Shown: positions 12,001 to 24,909, numbered from the stretch's first letter. The stretch is 64,000 bases of DNA from Eledone cirrhosa (GCA_964016885.1 OZ024743.1:162192001-162256000), one strand, 5' to 3'. The notes: a model not told the origin generated them from the letters alone. Made by a program: numbers and translations.

Positions 12001-13626
12001 CTCGTATGTTTTATATATGTGCCCACTCGTACGTTTATATAAGTGCACACTCTTTTGTTTATATATGTGCACACTCTTATGTTTATATATGTGCACACTC
12101 TTATGTTTATATATGTGCACACTCTTATGTTTATATATGTGCACACTCGTATGTTTATATAAGTGCACACTCTTATGTTTATATATGTGCACACTCGTAT
12201 GTTTATATATGTGCACACTCTTATGTTTATATATGTGCACACTCTTTTGTTTATATATGTGCACACTCTTATGTTTATATAAGTGCACACTCTTATGTTT
12301 ATATATGTGCACACTCTTATGTTTATATATGTGCACACCCTTATTTTTATATATGTGCACACCCTTATTTTTATATATGTGCACACTCTTACGTTTATAT
12401 ATGTGCACACACTTATGTTTATATAAGTGCACACTCTTATGTTTATATATGTGCACACTCGTATGTTTATATAAGTGCACACTCTTATGTTTATATATGT
12501 GCACACTCTTATGTTTATATATGTGCACACTCTTATGTTTATATATGTGCACACTCGTATGTTTATATAAGTGCACACTCTTATGTTTATATATGTGCAC
12601 ACTCTTATGTTTATATATGTGCACATTCGTATGTTTATATAAGTGCACACTCTTATGTTTATATAAGTGCACACTCTTATGTTTATATAAGTGCACACTC
12701 TTATGTTTATATATGTGCACACTCTTATATTTATATATGTGCACACTCTTATGTTTATATATTTGCACACTCTTATGTTTATATAAGTGCACACTCTTAT
12801 GTTTATATATGTGCACTCTCTTATGTTTATATAAGTGCACACTCTTATGTTTATCTATGTGCACACTCTTATGTTTATATAAGTGCACACTCTTATGTTT
12901 ATATATTTGCACACTCTTATGTTTATATAAGTGCATACTCTTATGTTTATATAAGTGCACACTCTTATGTTTATATAAGTGCACACTCTTATGTTTATAT
13001 ATGTGCACACTCTTATATTTATATATGTGCACACTCTTATGTTTATATATTTGCACACTCTTATGTTTATATAAGTGCACACTCTTATGTTTATATATGT
13101 GCACTCTCTTATGTTTATATAAGTGCACAGTCTTATGTTTATCTATGTGCACACTCTTATGTTTATATAAGTGCACACTCTTATGTTTATATATTTGCAC
13201 ACTCTTATGTTTATATAAGTGCACACTCTTATGTTTATATATGTGCATACTCTTATGTTTATATATGTGCACACTCGTATGTTTATATATGTACACACTC
13301 TTATGTTTATATATGTGCACACTCGTATGTTTATATATGTGCACACTCTTATGTTTATATATGTGCAGACTCTTATGTTTATATATGTGCACACTCTTAT
13401 GTTTATATATGTGCACACTCGTACGTTTATATAAGTGCACACTCTTTTGTTTATATATGTGCACACTCTTATGTTTATATATGTGCACACTCTTATGTTT
13501 ATATATGTGCACACTCGTACGTTTATATATGTGCACACTCTTATGTTTATATATGTGCACACTCTTATGTTTATATATGTGCACACTCGTATGTTTATAT
13601 ATGTGCACACTCGTATGTTTTATATA
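3072..13626. repeat. 24-bp tandem satellite, consensus GTGCACACTCTTATGTTTATATAT, ~440 copies
   Basis: Directly visible. Recurrent variants are ATAAG/ATATG and CTCGT/CTCTT, with occasional 25-bp units. It explains all the 8-aa-repeat ORFs (CTYINIRV, HKSVHIYK, AHSYVYIC, CTLLCLYM). Confidence 0.99.
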
Positions 13627-14452
13627 ATTAGATGTAAGGATACTTATATATTTGAATGTAATCATATGTTTAGTTTCCAACTAAATTAATAACCTTCAGT
13701 ATCTTTTAATAAATCACATAGTAAATCATATAGTAAGTATTTTATCAGAATATTAGTATCCTTAGTGTGATCGTCCCACCCCGATATTCTAATTATATTC
13801 CTATTTTTTTTATTTTCTGTTGAGTAGGCATCGTATGTATCTGTATCTTTATATATTTAAAAATTCTATTCCTTTACTTTCTATCATACTTTCCTGATTT
13901 TCGTGGGAATATCTATATGCCCATGAATATGTACACTCACATCAGTGGGAATATGTATCTATACATGTAAGATTTTCACATACGACTTCATATAGTAATG
14001 AACGGGTAACTACATATATATGAATACTTTATATACATTAGTATACTTTTGAAATATTATTGTGTGCTTGTGTATTGAATGCTTCACTTTTGTTGTGTTT
14101 ATATCGTTTTCTGTACCTGATATGTTGTGTTTATGTATATATATGCGCGCATAGGCTTGTCATAGATAGTTGTTCCGGGTTTTCACGTTTGTGAGTCTAT
14201 TCTGTTATGGAAGTCTTTTAAACAGCTGTATCCGGTGCTTTTTATTTAGGTTTATTCCCGTTTTGCTTCGGCTATGGTAAATTCATAATGCCATCTGCTT
14301 GCATCAAATTGGTAAATTTATACTTTATACATTCTAAATTACTAATATAACTTATTCCAATATGAGTAAATAGTTTGCCCTTTCAATAAAGGTGTTTCTA
14401 CTGTTTATGCCGAGGACAATATAAATTGACACATCAATTTTGATAACCTTTG

Positions 14453-14581
14453 TTTTCCTGAAGAATTGGTGTAGATACATTAATGTATAATCAGTGTGTT
14501 TACATCGATAATCTAATTATTTTAAATGTTAATTGTGAATTAATATTATTTTTATCTGCACTAATCGAAACATGTCGAAAA
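14453..14581 (+). ncRNA. Minimal (dimer-type) type I hammerhead ribozyme of Penelope-like elements
   Basis: UUUUC-CUGAAGA-AUUGGUGUAGAUA...UAUCUGCACUAAU-C-GAAA-C(AU)G-UC^GAAAA. It has a 5-bp stem I, a 13-bp stem II base with G-U pairs and a palindromic ACAUGU stem III. Predicted cleavage is after C14576. Confidence 0.75.
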
Positions 14582-14754
14582 GTAAATGTTGTTGATTTGA
14601 TAGATATCTTTTGGTTAACTTATTGTAATCATATATCTGTTATCATCCGTACCTTACACAATGCCTCACCACGTTGGAGTGTTTTGACTTGCATCACTGT
14701 TGATAATCATAATGCATTGAGCATATCTATATCTTTAGACATATGATTTAAGTG

Positions 14755-14755
<1 letters not shown>

Positions 14756-14813
<58 letters not shown>

Positions 14814-14885
14814 AATTGAATTGTAAATAGAGGTACCCACTTAAGTCATATGTCTAAAGATATATATATATATATATATGTCTAA

Positions 14886-14942
<57 letters not shown>

Positions 14943-14944
14943 TA

Positions 14945-15032
<88 letters not shown>

Positions 15033-15125
15033 TATATATATATACACATACATAATACATGCATATACATAAACACATACACACATCTACCTCTCACTCT
15101 CTCTCTCTCTCTATATATATATATA
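14756..15125. repeat. Compound (TA)n microsatellite block
   Basis: Long TA runs that include a duplicated 'atgtctaaaga'. Similar (TA)n, (TG)n and (GA)n tracts occur throughout the window, e.g. 179-208, 640-707, 915-988, 1876-1988, 15740-16048, 16480-16585, 16722-16845, 21110-21545, 21705-21798, 27235-27335, 29828-29922, 32083-32250, 54445-54574, 59147-59357. Confidence 0.95.
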
Positions 15126-16478
15126 ACAACTAGAAATTGATTAACATATAAATAAACATATGAAACAATCACAGGGGATAATTTTTACAAGTGTGTAAGC
15201 ACACATAGCTAGGTAGGTAACTAAATAAAGTTAACTAGAACTTCAAAAATAGATACCTTATAACATAATTAATCTTCCCTGTATATATTCCATTAAAGAA
15301 ACATATTTCACCAATTAATCGAATGGTAAACCACGGAGGCCGATACTTGGATTTTCAACAAGTCCAGCCATCTGTGTTTACGCATTAAGTTCAAATCAGC
15401 GACTGGCCAGTAACACGTGCTGTATCTACTAAAAATACACACATCATACCAGCTTCGTCCCAGTGGCGTGAATAGAGTTATCGACAACTAGAAACAACAG
15501 TCAAGTCCTTTCAACAGAGTTAGCTCTACAATTAAGGAGCCGTATTTATATATCTGATATGGCGCATGCTTCTGATATTCTCAGACATGACATCTTTAAT
15601 CTAATTTTGGTAGTATATATATATATATATATATGGAAATTGAATTGAATTAGTTTCGCCGTATTTGTTTTATTACAGAAGATTGTCTCATTATATGGCG
15701 AAAGTCACAATAATTTACCACGGTCTTCTTGATGTTGGTACACACACACACACACGCACACACACACATCAAAGATATATACATACATACACACACACAC
15801 GCACATACATATACATACACACAATCACATACACACACACACACATATATACATACATACATACACACATACACACGCACATACATATACATACACACAT
15901 ACACCCCCACACACACACGCACACACTTACTTGCATACATACACATACACACACACACATATATACATACACACATACACACACACATATACACTCACAC
16001 CCACACACACACATACATGCATACACACACACACACAAATATATATGTATAAGAATAACACAAAGAAAGATGCTGATGTTACATAAATCGTTTATTCATA
16101 ATAATTACTCTCTTTTTCTTAAAACAGTGCGGTATGATTTAAAGAAGATTTAGCTGCTATTTTTAGAGGGTTGATTAACCATGCAAACGCTCTTTCATTG
16201 ACTTGAGAAGAATTCTCGTGTATTGGAAGGGGATTGTACATATAGAGGGATCTTGTGAAAAATATATTTTTGGAAGGTGTCGTATTGTACTGGTACTTTC
16301 TAGTAATGTTCTTGACATGGTGATATGGTAATATTGTGGAATTTGGGGTAAACGTACCTTTAACAGAACCATGTCTTGAAGCGAAGGCGGCAGCCCATGA
16401 AATATTTTTCGAGTTCACTATATTCTAACGTAAGCTATTTATAAATACTTATGCATAGATGTATATTGTATACGTATG

Positions 16479-16589
<111 letters not shown>

Positions 16590-16674
16590 AAAAGTGGTAA
16601 GGAACCAGGTGGACCATAACGCACCAAAGTACTCAATACTTAGGGTAGTAGAGTGGGTAATAGGAGTAAGTAAG

Positions 16675-16710
16675 ATCCCGACGGCTGAGCTCAAGCCGTT
16701 TCGACGGCTA
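16675..16710 (-). ncRNA. 3' half of a hammerhead of the same family as 1564-1658 (core lost)
   Basis: Minus strand GUC-GAAA-CGGC(UUGAGCUCA)GCCG-UC^GGGAU matches gtcgaaacggc...ctcagccgtcggg at 1629-1656. The upstream part is replaced by (TA)n. Confidence 0.5.
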
Positions 16711-16727
16711 ATTCTGTAATTATGTAT

Positions 16728-16846
<119 letters not shown>

Positions 16847-17441
16847 TGGGTGTTTAGAGTATATATGTAAAAGATTTCCTATTACGATGCAGATCTGGTC
16901 AATAATTAGTAATATAAAATAGTTATAAAGTTACAATTTCTCATGTACAGTAGATCACATATATATTATGATGGATATATTTAATTCCAGGCAGGATTGG
17001 TATCTACGTCTTCAGAATATGACGGAATGTATTTTGAATATTGATTGCTAGGTGGTATAAGAACATAGATCTGGCTTCAATGAAGCTGAATGAAACTAGG
17101 TCATAATTGCGATCCTAGGTTGTTAAATCCATATATTCTCTGAAAAGTTATAACCTGAAAATTATTTTTCAATAAAACCAATTGGTTAACACACAAATAC
17201 ACATACAAATACGCGCAACCACACACTTACGCGTGATATTATACATATTAAGTTGATTGGGACTTCAACTTTAGCTAAACTATTGACTCCTTTTATCAGT
17301 AAATCTTTGTTGCTATTTAAAAAAAAATAATTTCTAAAAGTACTCCTTGACTTTCTTCACATGTGATATCAGTTCTAGAGAGTTACTTTCAGGACCCAAT
17401 AAATGTATGTATGTATGTTTGTATGTATGTATGTATGTATG

Positions 17442-17470
<29 letters not shown>

Positions 17471-17473
<3 letters not shown>

Positions 17474-17835
17474 GGAAAACTCTGATGTAACACCGGCAAC
17501 CCTGATGGTATCCAATGATGTTGACTTGTTCTTCTTTTTGGTAAATATTATCTTGGTTAAGAGAGTGGGACTGGCTTTGTGCAGTGCCTTTGCTCACTAT
17601 AAAAGATTCATGGCACAGGCATTGCTTTATATCTGGAGATCTCTCTGCACTTGCCGTCACATGGTACCATGGGCCCAGCACTGTGTCAATAATTGTCACA
17701 GGTGTAGTGTTTGTACCAGAGTTTTCAAGTCGCTGGCTGGACTAAAAAGTCACACTCGTTCAGAGCATCGGTAGGGGTTCTTCTGCATGGATATAAAGTA
17801 GTGGCCGTACTCGAAAACGAGTTGGCAGCCACCAT
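17471..17835 (+). mobile_element. 5'-truncated 3' end of an RTE-type LINE with C-terminal C2H2 finger
   Basis: The ORF ends CSVCTRVFKSLAGLKSHTRSEHR*, a C2H2 motif typical of RTE ORF C-termini. A short 3' UTR follows, and (ATGT)n lies on both sides. Confidence 0.55.
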
Positions 17836-17901
17836 GCATATATGTATGTATGCATGTATGTATGCGTGAGTGAATAATAATATTATGATAATATTATTAA
17901 T

Positions 17902-18070
17902 GAGGGTCGGACGCCATGCTTTGCCGCATAGAGTTACGGTCCTTGCAATTCTGAATTCAAATCCCGCCGAGGTTTACTTTGCCTTTCATCCTTACGGGGT
18001 CGATAAAATAAAGTACCAGTAATGCACTGGGTAATTTGCTGGCCTTGTGCCAAAAGTAGAAACAATTATT
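17902..18070 (+). mobile_element. tRNA-derived SINE (dominant family), 5' truncated
   Basis: B-box-like aattcaaatcc followed by ttt gcctttcatccttacggggtcgataaaataaagtaccagt and the tail ggccttgtgccaaaagtagaaac. The same sequence occurs in many other copies in the window. Confidence 0.85.
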
Positions 18071-18905
18071 AATATTCTGTTCGTTTGTAAGCAAACGGCC
18101 TCATAATATCATGTATGTTTTTTCGATGACTGACGTCATCATTTTGTTCCATCGGTAGTAGAGAGAAAATAGTGGACAATTGTTTCGGAGTTATTTCCCC
18201 TTATCAAGACTATATATACCTCCCGTCGCTTGCAAACGAATATATTTATCTACCATGTTAAAACAAAAACAAAATTTTGTTTATATATATATATACTAAG
18301 TTTAAAATCTATTTTGCCCTTTAGTGAATCGTTTGACTCTAGAAATTATGTATATATATTGAATATTGAAGACACCCATAAAATAACTTAGCGGAATTCT
18401 TTCTTATTTTTCTAATCATCAGCCACCGTGACAAATCCGACTCCTACACCACTTGTAATAAACATAGTACATCATCTATCCACCTTATCATCTATTTATG
18501 TATCAATTAAAAATTATGTGCGTTACAATGCAAATTACTATAATAAAAGTTGATCATTATAAATAATAGAGAAAATCAAAAGAAGTGCCCATATTTTAAT
18601 ATTTAGATATATTTAATTCTTCCATCCTTTATATACCTATTAACACTCCTGGATTGAGAGTGAGAACGTGTAACTGTGTGGATGTGTGTGCGTGTGGATG
18701 GGCATGTTTGTAAGTGTATGTATGTATACTATATCTGTTGTCACCAGCTCAACTTTCCTACTCGCTCCGTAATCATAACCTGTCATTTAGCCACACCAAC
18801 AACTGTCTATCATTCTCCAATATCATAGCTCCAACAGATCCGATAGCTTGTATAAGTAAGGAATGTGCAATACACTCTGGTGAATATTTACTGACAGAAA
18901 CAGAA

Positions 18906-20530
18906 CTAGTCCTGGAAAATTAGCTTATGTCTAGCCCTATCTAAGCTATTCCAGGATTTGTTCCTGTATAATGGGCAAATTCCTTTCATGTCCAGTTCTA
19001 TGAGGGTCTTATACTTCTCCATGGCTCCTTCGTATACTCTGACTCTGTCTCTTTGGTTGTAGCCAGAGAACTGCATGCGGTTGATGAAGTGTTGGATGTG
19101 TCTTTCCATTTCTGTTGGGTCGCACATGCAGGACACATTCTTCATCACTCGTACCAAATCTGCGATCAGAATATTAAACTTAGCACTACTGGACATTGCT
19201 GAGTTTTTGAGTATCAGGTATTTGGAGGCCATGGGTTTAGCATAGTGTGAGTGGAGAATTTGGGCTCTCTCGTCTATAGTGTTAATCCAGAGTTCCGTGT
19301 CTAATACAGGTAGTCTATTGTTAGGGTGTTTGGAAGAGTAGTTGATAGTTACAGTTATACTCTGGTGTATCGAATTAGCTATCTGCTGGATGCTTTCCAT
19401 TGTGCTACGTTCTAAATCAAACTTGTTAGTGCTCTCTAGTGGGGATGTTCTTATAACTATATTGATATCGTCTACGTAACGAGAGTACATGATGAGGTTT
19501 ATGGAGCTCTCTCATTAAGGAGATCTTTAAGTCTCCTTTCCCACCATACCATAAAAAGGTTGGCAACATCACCAGCTATGCTGACGCCAATGGCTGCTCC
19601 CTCATTTTGGGTGTAGATCTTCTCATTGAACTTGAATATGTGGCTCTTTAGGGTAGTTTTGATACTAGCCCCTATTGCATGTGCGACCATTTTTCTTACC
19701 TGATCATTGTTTTGGGGGGTCCGTATAGCTTTGGTCCACCCAATCCACCTTCCCATGGGAGTCTTTTTTGCCATGGAGGTTATGGTGGGGGGTCTACCTC
19801 TTATGGGTCTACTAGGGAAGAAACGTCTAAGGTCATGGCTGTCTAGGTAGTCAGTGTCGTAGGTAAGTCTAAGTAGGAGGCCCAGTTCGTCTGTGTCGAC
19901 GTCGCAGAACTCCACCTCACTCTCAATGATCATCTCCACACATTTTTCCACAGCAAAATCAATGTTAATGGATGGGTACAGTGATACCACATCCATGCTG
20001 CCTATTATGCAGTTGGATAGGTTCCTGTTTTTGTTGCACTCACTGATTCTGCTGAGGAGATCCTCTGTACTGTCACATACATCTGGGGACATCTTGATTA
20101 TGGGGCGTATAACCATTGAGAGGAAGTAGGAGATCCTGTAGTTGCTAGGTATATTAGCTCCGCATACGGGTCTTGTTGGTGGTCCTGTTGTCGGGTCGTC
20201 GACTGTCTTGTGGTTTTTGCGGAGCCCATACAAGGGTGGTATGCCAATGTTAGACGTCTGGAAGTTGTTGGCAGTGCGTCTGCTTGGCTTTAGGATGTCA
20301 GTCCACATCATCATGTGAGCGTTGAGGATTTTCTCTCTCCCATCATGTGTTTGCTGTGCAATTTCGCTGGTGTTGGTGATGTGGGGTTGCATAGCCTTGA
20401 TTTAGTTCGGCATGCTATCTACTGACATCCTACCCGACTTATCCGTGGGTAGACATACTACCTCACCATCCCTTGTGCGCTGCTTGAGGCTAACCAAGCC
20501 TTATACAGGTTTCCTCCCAAGTTGTTGGGC
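18906..20530 (-). mobile_element. Penelope-like retroelement reverse transcriptase, frameshifted and truncated (no GIY-YIG seen)
   Basis: PLE motifs in order: PTDKSG, PPLYGLRKNHK, PTRPVC, SMDVVSLYPSI, FKFNEKIYTQNEGAAIG, RYVDDI, LPVLD, HYAKP. Frameshifts lie near 19495 and 20400. Confidence 0.9.
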
Positions 20531-20606
20531 CTCTGGTTTGCTCTCTCTCTTAATATACCGGTCTACTATTTGTCTAATCTTATTTCTAGCTATGGCCAAT
20601 AAGGCA

Positions 20607-20648
<42 letters not shown>

Positions 20649-21707
20649 AATACAGATTCAGCGAGAATACCATTTTCCGCAGGCAGGAAAAGCGAAGCGA
20701 AACGCAAAAATCAGAAATGATACTGGCAAAGTGCTCAATAGTTAAAAACCAGAGCTAAACAATGTGTTAAGAAGCCAATAAGGCATGTCTATATATGTAC
20801 ATATGTATGTAATTGTGAAGGTATATTTATTCTCATATGTGTGTGTTTGCGTGAGCCTGTATATATGTGTGTGTATGTGTGTGTGTATATATATATATAT
20901 ATATACAATTCTAGAATTTTTTAACTTTTTAAATTTTTTAAATTCTTTTTTTCTTCTTGTTTTTGTCCACCAATGTGTTTATAGATAATTCGCGTACGCG
21001 TGCAAACGTAAATTTATTTTTATTCTTATTTTTATTTTTAATTTTTAACATTTTAAATATTTTTCTTTCTTGCCTGCTTAATCAGCCCGTAAACTATATC
21101 CACCTAAATGTACGTGTGTGTATGTTATATTGTATTTGTGTTGATATGTGTGTGTATATGTATTCATATATACATGTGTGTGTGCGCGTGTGCACGTATA
21201 TGTATGTATATATGTATATGTATATATATGTGAATATATGTGTGTGTGTATATATATGTGTATGTATATGCATATATATATATATGTGTATGCATGCATA
21301 CACATATATTGTATATATATTTATATGTATATATATTTATAGATATGTGTGTGTTTATGTGTACGTATGTATACGCATATGTAAGTGTACGTGTGTATGT
21401 ATGTATGTATGTATGCATATATACGTGTTTGTGTATATATATATGTATGTGTACATGTACGTATGCGTAAGTGTGTGAGTATAAGTATATGCGTGGGTAT
21501 ATGCTAATATATGTATGTGTATATTTTTATATATATACATATACATTTATTATTTTCCTCTTTACGTTATTTTATTTCAGCCTCGCTTTCAATTGTTCTA
21601 GAGTTTGTTTGTGAAATCGATTTCAGACGTCTGTGTCAAGCTCGTCTATCTTCGTGAAACCTGTGGTAAATGAAATAATTGTCTTGTGTTGTTTATTACA
21701 TAACTAT

Positions 21708-21802
<95 letters not shown>

Positions 21803-21832
21803 ATGTAATAAACAACATAAGATAATTATTTT

Positions 21833-21888
21833 ATTTACCAGTGTTTTCTTGAAGGCAGATATTTATATCTGTCTTCAGTCGTCAGAAT
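21833..21888 (-). ncRNA. Type I hammerhead ribozyme-like motif (inverted decayed partner at 21620-21671 +)
   Basis: Minus strand reads AUU-CUGACGA-C-UGAAGACAGAUAU(AA)AUAUCUGCCUUCA-A-GAAA-ACACUGG-UA^AAU. The partner retains an intact stem III, GAAA-CC(UGU)GG-UA^AAU. Confidence 0.6.
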
Positions 21889-21903
21889 GTATAAAAAACA
21901 TGG

Positions 21904-21961
<58 letters not shown>

Positions 21962-22907
21962 TGTCTATATGTATATATGTATGTATGTTGAGTTCTATAT
22001 TGGCGGGAATTCCACATTTTGAATTTTGAATTCACCCACCATAACGTGTTTATTTCATATAATGGTCTCCCTTTATTTTAGAGGTCACGTGTCACGATAG
22101 CATAGGCGGGCTAGATTTAGAAACATGACGGTACGCGCAATAATGCACACTTTAAGTTAAGACATTATGTATCGACTATGAGCATTTCCTGCTGAAGAAA
22201 CGTAATAGCCCGATTGCGTAATATCTGCTGATACTGCGCAATTTCTGGATATTGCAGTTTTAATAACTTTAATAGGCAGAATATTGCACAGAAACGGAAT
22301 ACGCCCTGCAACTAGTGAATGCATATGCAAAACACTATGCACAGAAACTAGGTGTTATTTCCGAAAACATCCAAAACGTGCACGCTGCTAGGACCGACGG
22401 AGCAAATTATCAACAGGATTTAAATCCTATAATTCTATCGAGGGAACCTGTTATAATTATATTTGCGGATGGTTATGTTGCTATATGATTTTTAATTTAT
22501 CTTCATTGTTATTGCTCATTATTCATTTGTTTCTCAAAGTTCTTTCGTCACATATTCTGTGACCTCCTCAATGACTACCAGTTCTCTTTTGTGTCTCCTC
22601 TTCTTTCTGCTCTTAAACTTCTACTTTATATAACAATATCAGTTTCAACACACTATTTCGCATCAAGAATCTTGCAGAAAAAATACATAAACGTATATAC
22701 ATACATACATCGTACTACATGCAAATAGGCTTCTCCATTTATACGCAAAAAAGTACATATAGCTTATTCTTTTCCCAGTAACAAATAAGTAAACGTAACT
22801 GATGCTTGATAAAAATCCTGAAATACATAGCTTAAAATATTCATAAGGGAAAGTATATATCTATTAAACATAAATATATGCCTTCATATACACCTCTATG
22901 ATAAGGA

Positions 22908-23190
22908 CCCCCTTCAGTCATGAATGACCATGAGTTTTGCGCCTAGAAAGTTCCCCTACGAGGCACAAGTCTGGGAAACGTTGTTTATGGAAGACCAACA
23001 GTCGCCCATACATACCAGTCTCCTCTCTCCACATTGTCCAAGAGAGAGACAAATGCAGATTGGCACCAATGACGAGAAACGAGAAATAAAGTGTCTTGCT
23101 CAAGGACAGAAAGCACACTCGGTTCGGGAATCGAACTCACAACCTCAGGATTGTGAATTCAACGCTCTAACCATCAAGCGACATACCATC
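22908..23190 (-). mobile_element. Second tRNA-derived SINE family
   Basis: Minus strand has tRNA-like ggttagagcg and gttcgattccc boxes, followed by the conserved SINE body motif tgtccttgagcaagacacttt. Confidence 0.6.
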
Positions 23191-24489
23191 ACATACATAT
23201 ATGTACGCATGTGGGTGTATATACATACACACACACACACATATATATGTGTACATATATGTATATATATGCATATATATATATATGCACACACACATAC
23301 ACATACAAATAAATATATGTATGTGTATGTGTGTATGAAATATTGTGTGGGCGTGCTCACGTGTTGATTTGCTTCCAAATAAGAGTGAAGACAGCGCCAT
23401 CTATAAATTAATAGCCTGCTCAATTCAATTGAATTCTCCTCGGAACATCAATATAAACATATCCTATGCAGCGTTCTCAACAATTCAGTAAACAGGCTGT
23501 TGTTGTTGGAAGTGTTATTACTATTTTTGTTGCTACTGCTGCTGTTGTTGTTACTTTTGTAGCTGATAGGGATAGTAATGGTGGGTGTGAGGAGGTAACG
23601 TGTCTATAGATTGCATGAACAAAGGATAGCTCTCTCTGTCAGTTCTGAAACTAGTTCCAGTTCGATTCCCATGATAGCTTTCGAACTAGTGTGATATACT
23701 CTTGACTTCCGTAATTCGTGTTTCCCTAACAGCGCAGACGAACTCTTAAATTGAAAATAGATCCGGTTGCAACTGATGTGGAAATAAATTATATTCCCCA
23801 CATAGAGAGATAACCATGTATATTGCTCAGTACCTACTTCCTTCACACTACAATTGATATTCCTTTATGTTACTGTCTACCACTATCATCATTTACAATC
23901 TCACCAAACATGTAAGTCCTCATGTTTTGTTAGGAGCATATGCCTGCTTGATTGATTGTATGATTATCTACTCTGGTATCTCAGAAGCATCTAAAACTGG
24001 TAAGATCGATCGTTTTATCAATGAATACGTAGCAAAATACTTTAAAACAAGTTTCACTTTTTAAAAAGTATTGATAAGATATTTAGATATAATAATTAAT
24101 AGTTAGTAGTAGAAAATATAGTAAAGCACTAGTCAAAACAGATCAGGTTGGCCACTGCCTAGCATTTTGTGTGACCTGCTCCCCCTCCCCCATTTCTAGT
24201 CTTTTATACTGTTCGGTTACTTTTACGTACATCTTATACACTTCATATACATGCATATGCCAATAACAGATGCATATGTATTTAGCACTAATTATTAAAC
24301 TTTTTTGCAATTTGAAATGTACCTATTATTAGTTTTGTCGGCCTTCTTTTCACATCTCTCCTGTGCCTTTACCAGCTTTAAAAGGGCCTGATGACCATAT
24401 GTAGTTAATTGTAAGACATGTTCGCTGCATATGTAGATATAACAGTTAGTTATTACAAGCTACATTTAAATGTATCTCGTTGTTCCTGG

Positions 24490-24785
24490 GGGAGTCGTAG
24501 GGGCGCCGTATTGACATACAGCGTTGCTAGGGCATTTTAAAACCTAGCGTAGCCCATCTCCTCCTCAGGCCTGAATACAGCAGATTTCTTCCAGAGAAGG
24601 ATAGAGAGTGAGAGAATGGAAGTGGGAAAGAGATATAGAGTAAAAATCAACCATAGTACTGGTACTTTTTTATCAACCTCGAACAAAGTTGACCTCGACG
24701 GGATTTGAATTCAAAGCAGAGAGCCGAAACAGGTACCGTAAAGCATTCTATCCGACGTTCTAACGACTCTGCCTATTCGCCACCT
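24490..24785 (-). mobile_element. SINE with extended (probably LINE-derived) 3' segment; second copy at 33290-33575
   Basis: The SINE head lies at 24655-24785. The segment gtcgtagggg...ctagggcattttaa...cccatc...ctgaata is shared with 33300-33395 in the same arrangement. Confidence 0.6.
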
Positions 24786-24909
24786 TACATTCAAATACTA
24801 ATCGTTAACAGTAAAATATGTAATCAAATACCTACTACATACATAGAGAATAACTTTTTCTTTTCATTCCTCAGCTTTGTATTCCAAATATTTTTCTGTC
24901 GATGTAGAC

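Noticed and set aside
3072-13626. CRISPR array
   Set aside because: Repeats are head-to-tail with no unique spacers, there are no cas genes, and the context is eukaryotic.
2999-13689. Very long ORFs (up to 2561 aa) as protein-coding genes
   Set aside because: They are translations of a 24-bp satellite that is open in several frames on both strands, with no unique domain or gene structure.
15295-15365. Minus-strand UUGAAAA...GAAAUAUGUU hammerhead-like motif
   Set aside because: Stem I cannot be formed and stem II is only 4 bp. It may be a relic, but the evidence is insufficient.
15655-15735. CCGU...ACGGCGAAAC hammerhead-like motif on the minus strand
   Set aside because: No recognisable core or stem I.
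16119-16418. 99-aa ORF with IFFTRSLYMYNPLP (similar SFFTKTSVRWNS near 32870-32900 -)
   Set aside because: Resembles LINE RT C-terminal remnants; too short and decayed to classify, and not a host gene.
17403-17774. Host C2H2 zinc-finger gene
   Set aside because: A single terminal finger followed by a microsatellite tail fits an RTE 3' end better.
24388-24455. CUGAUGA + 9-bp stem (CAUAUGUAG/CUGCAUAUG) hammerhead relic
   Set aside because: GAAA reads GAUA and no stem I partner is found. It is probably a decayed copy but cannot be called.
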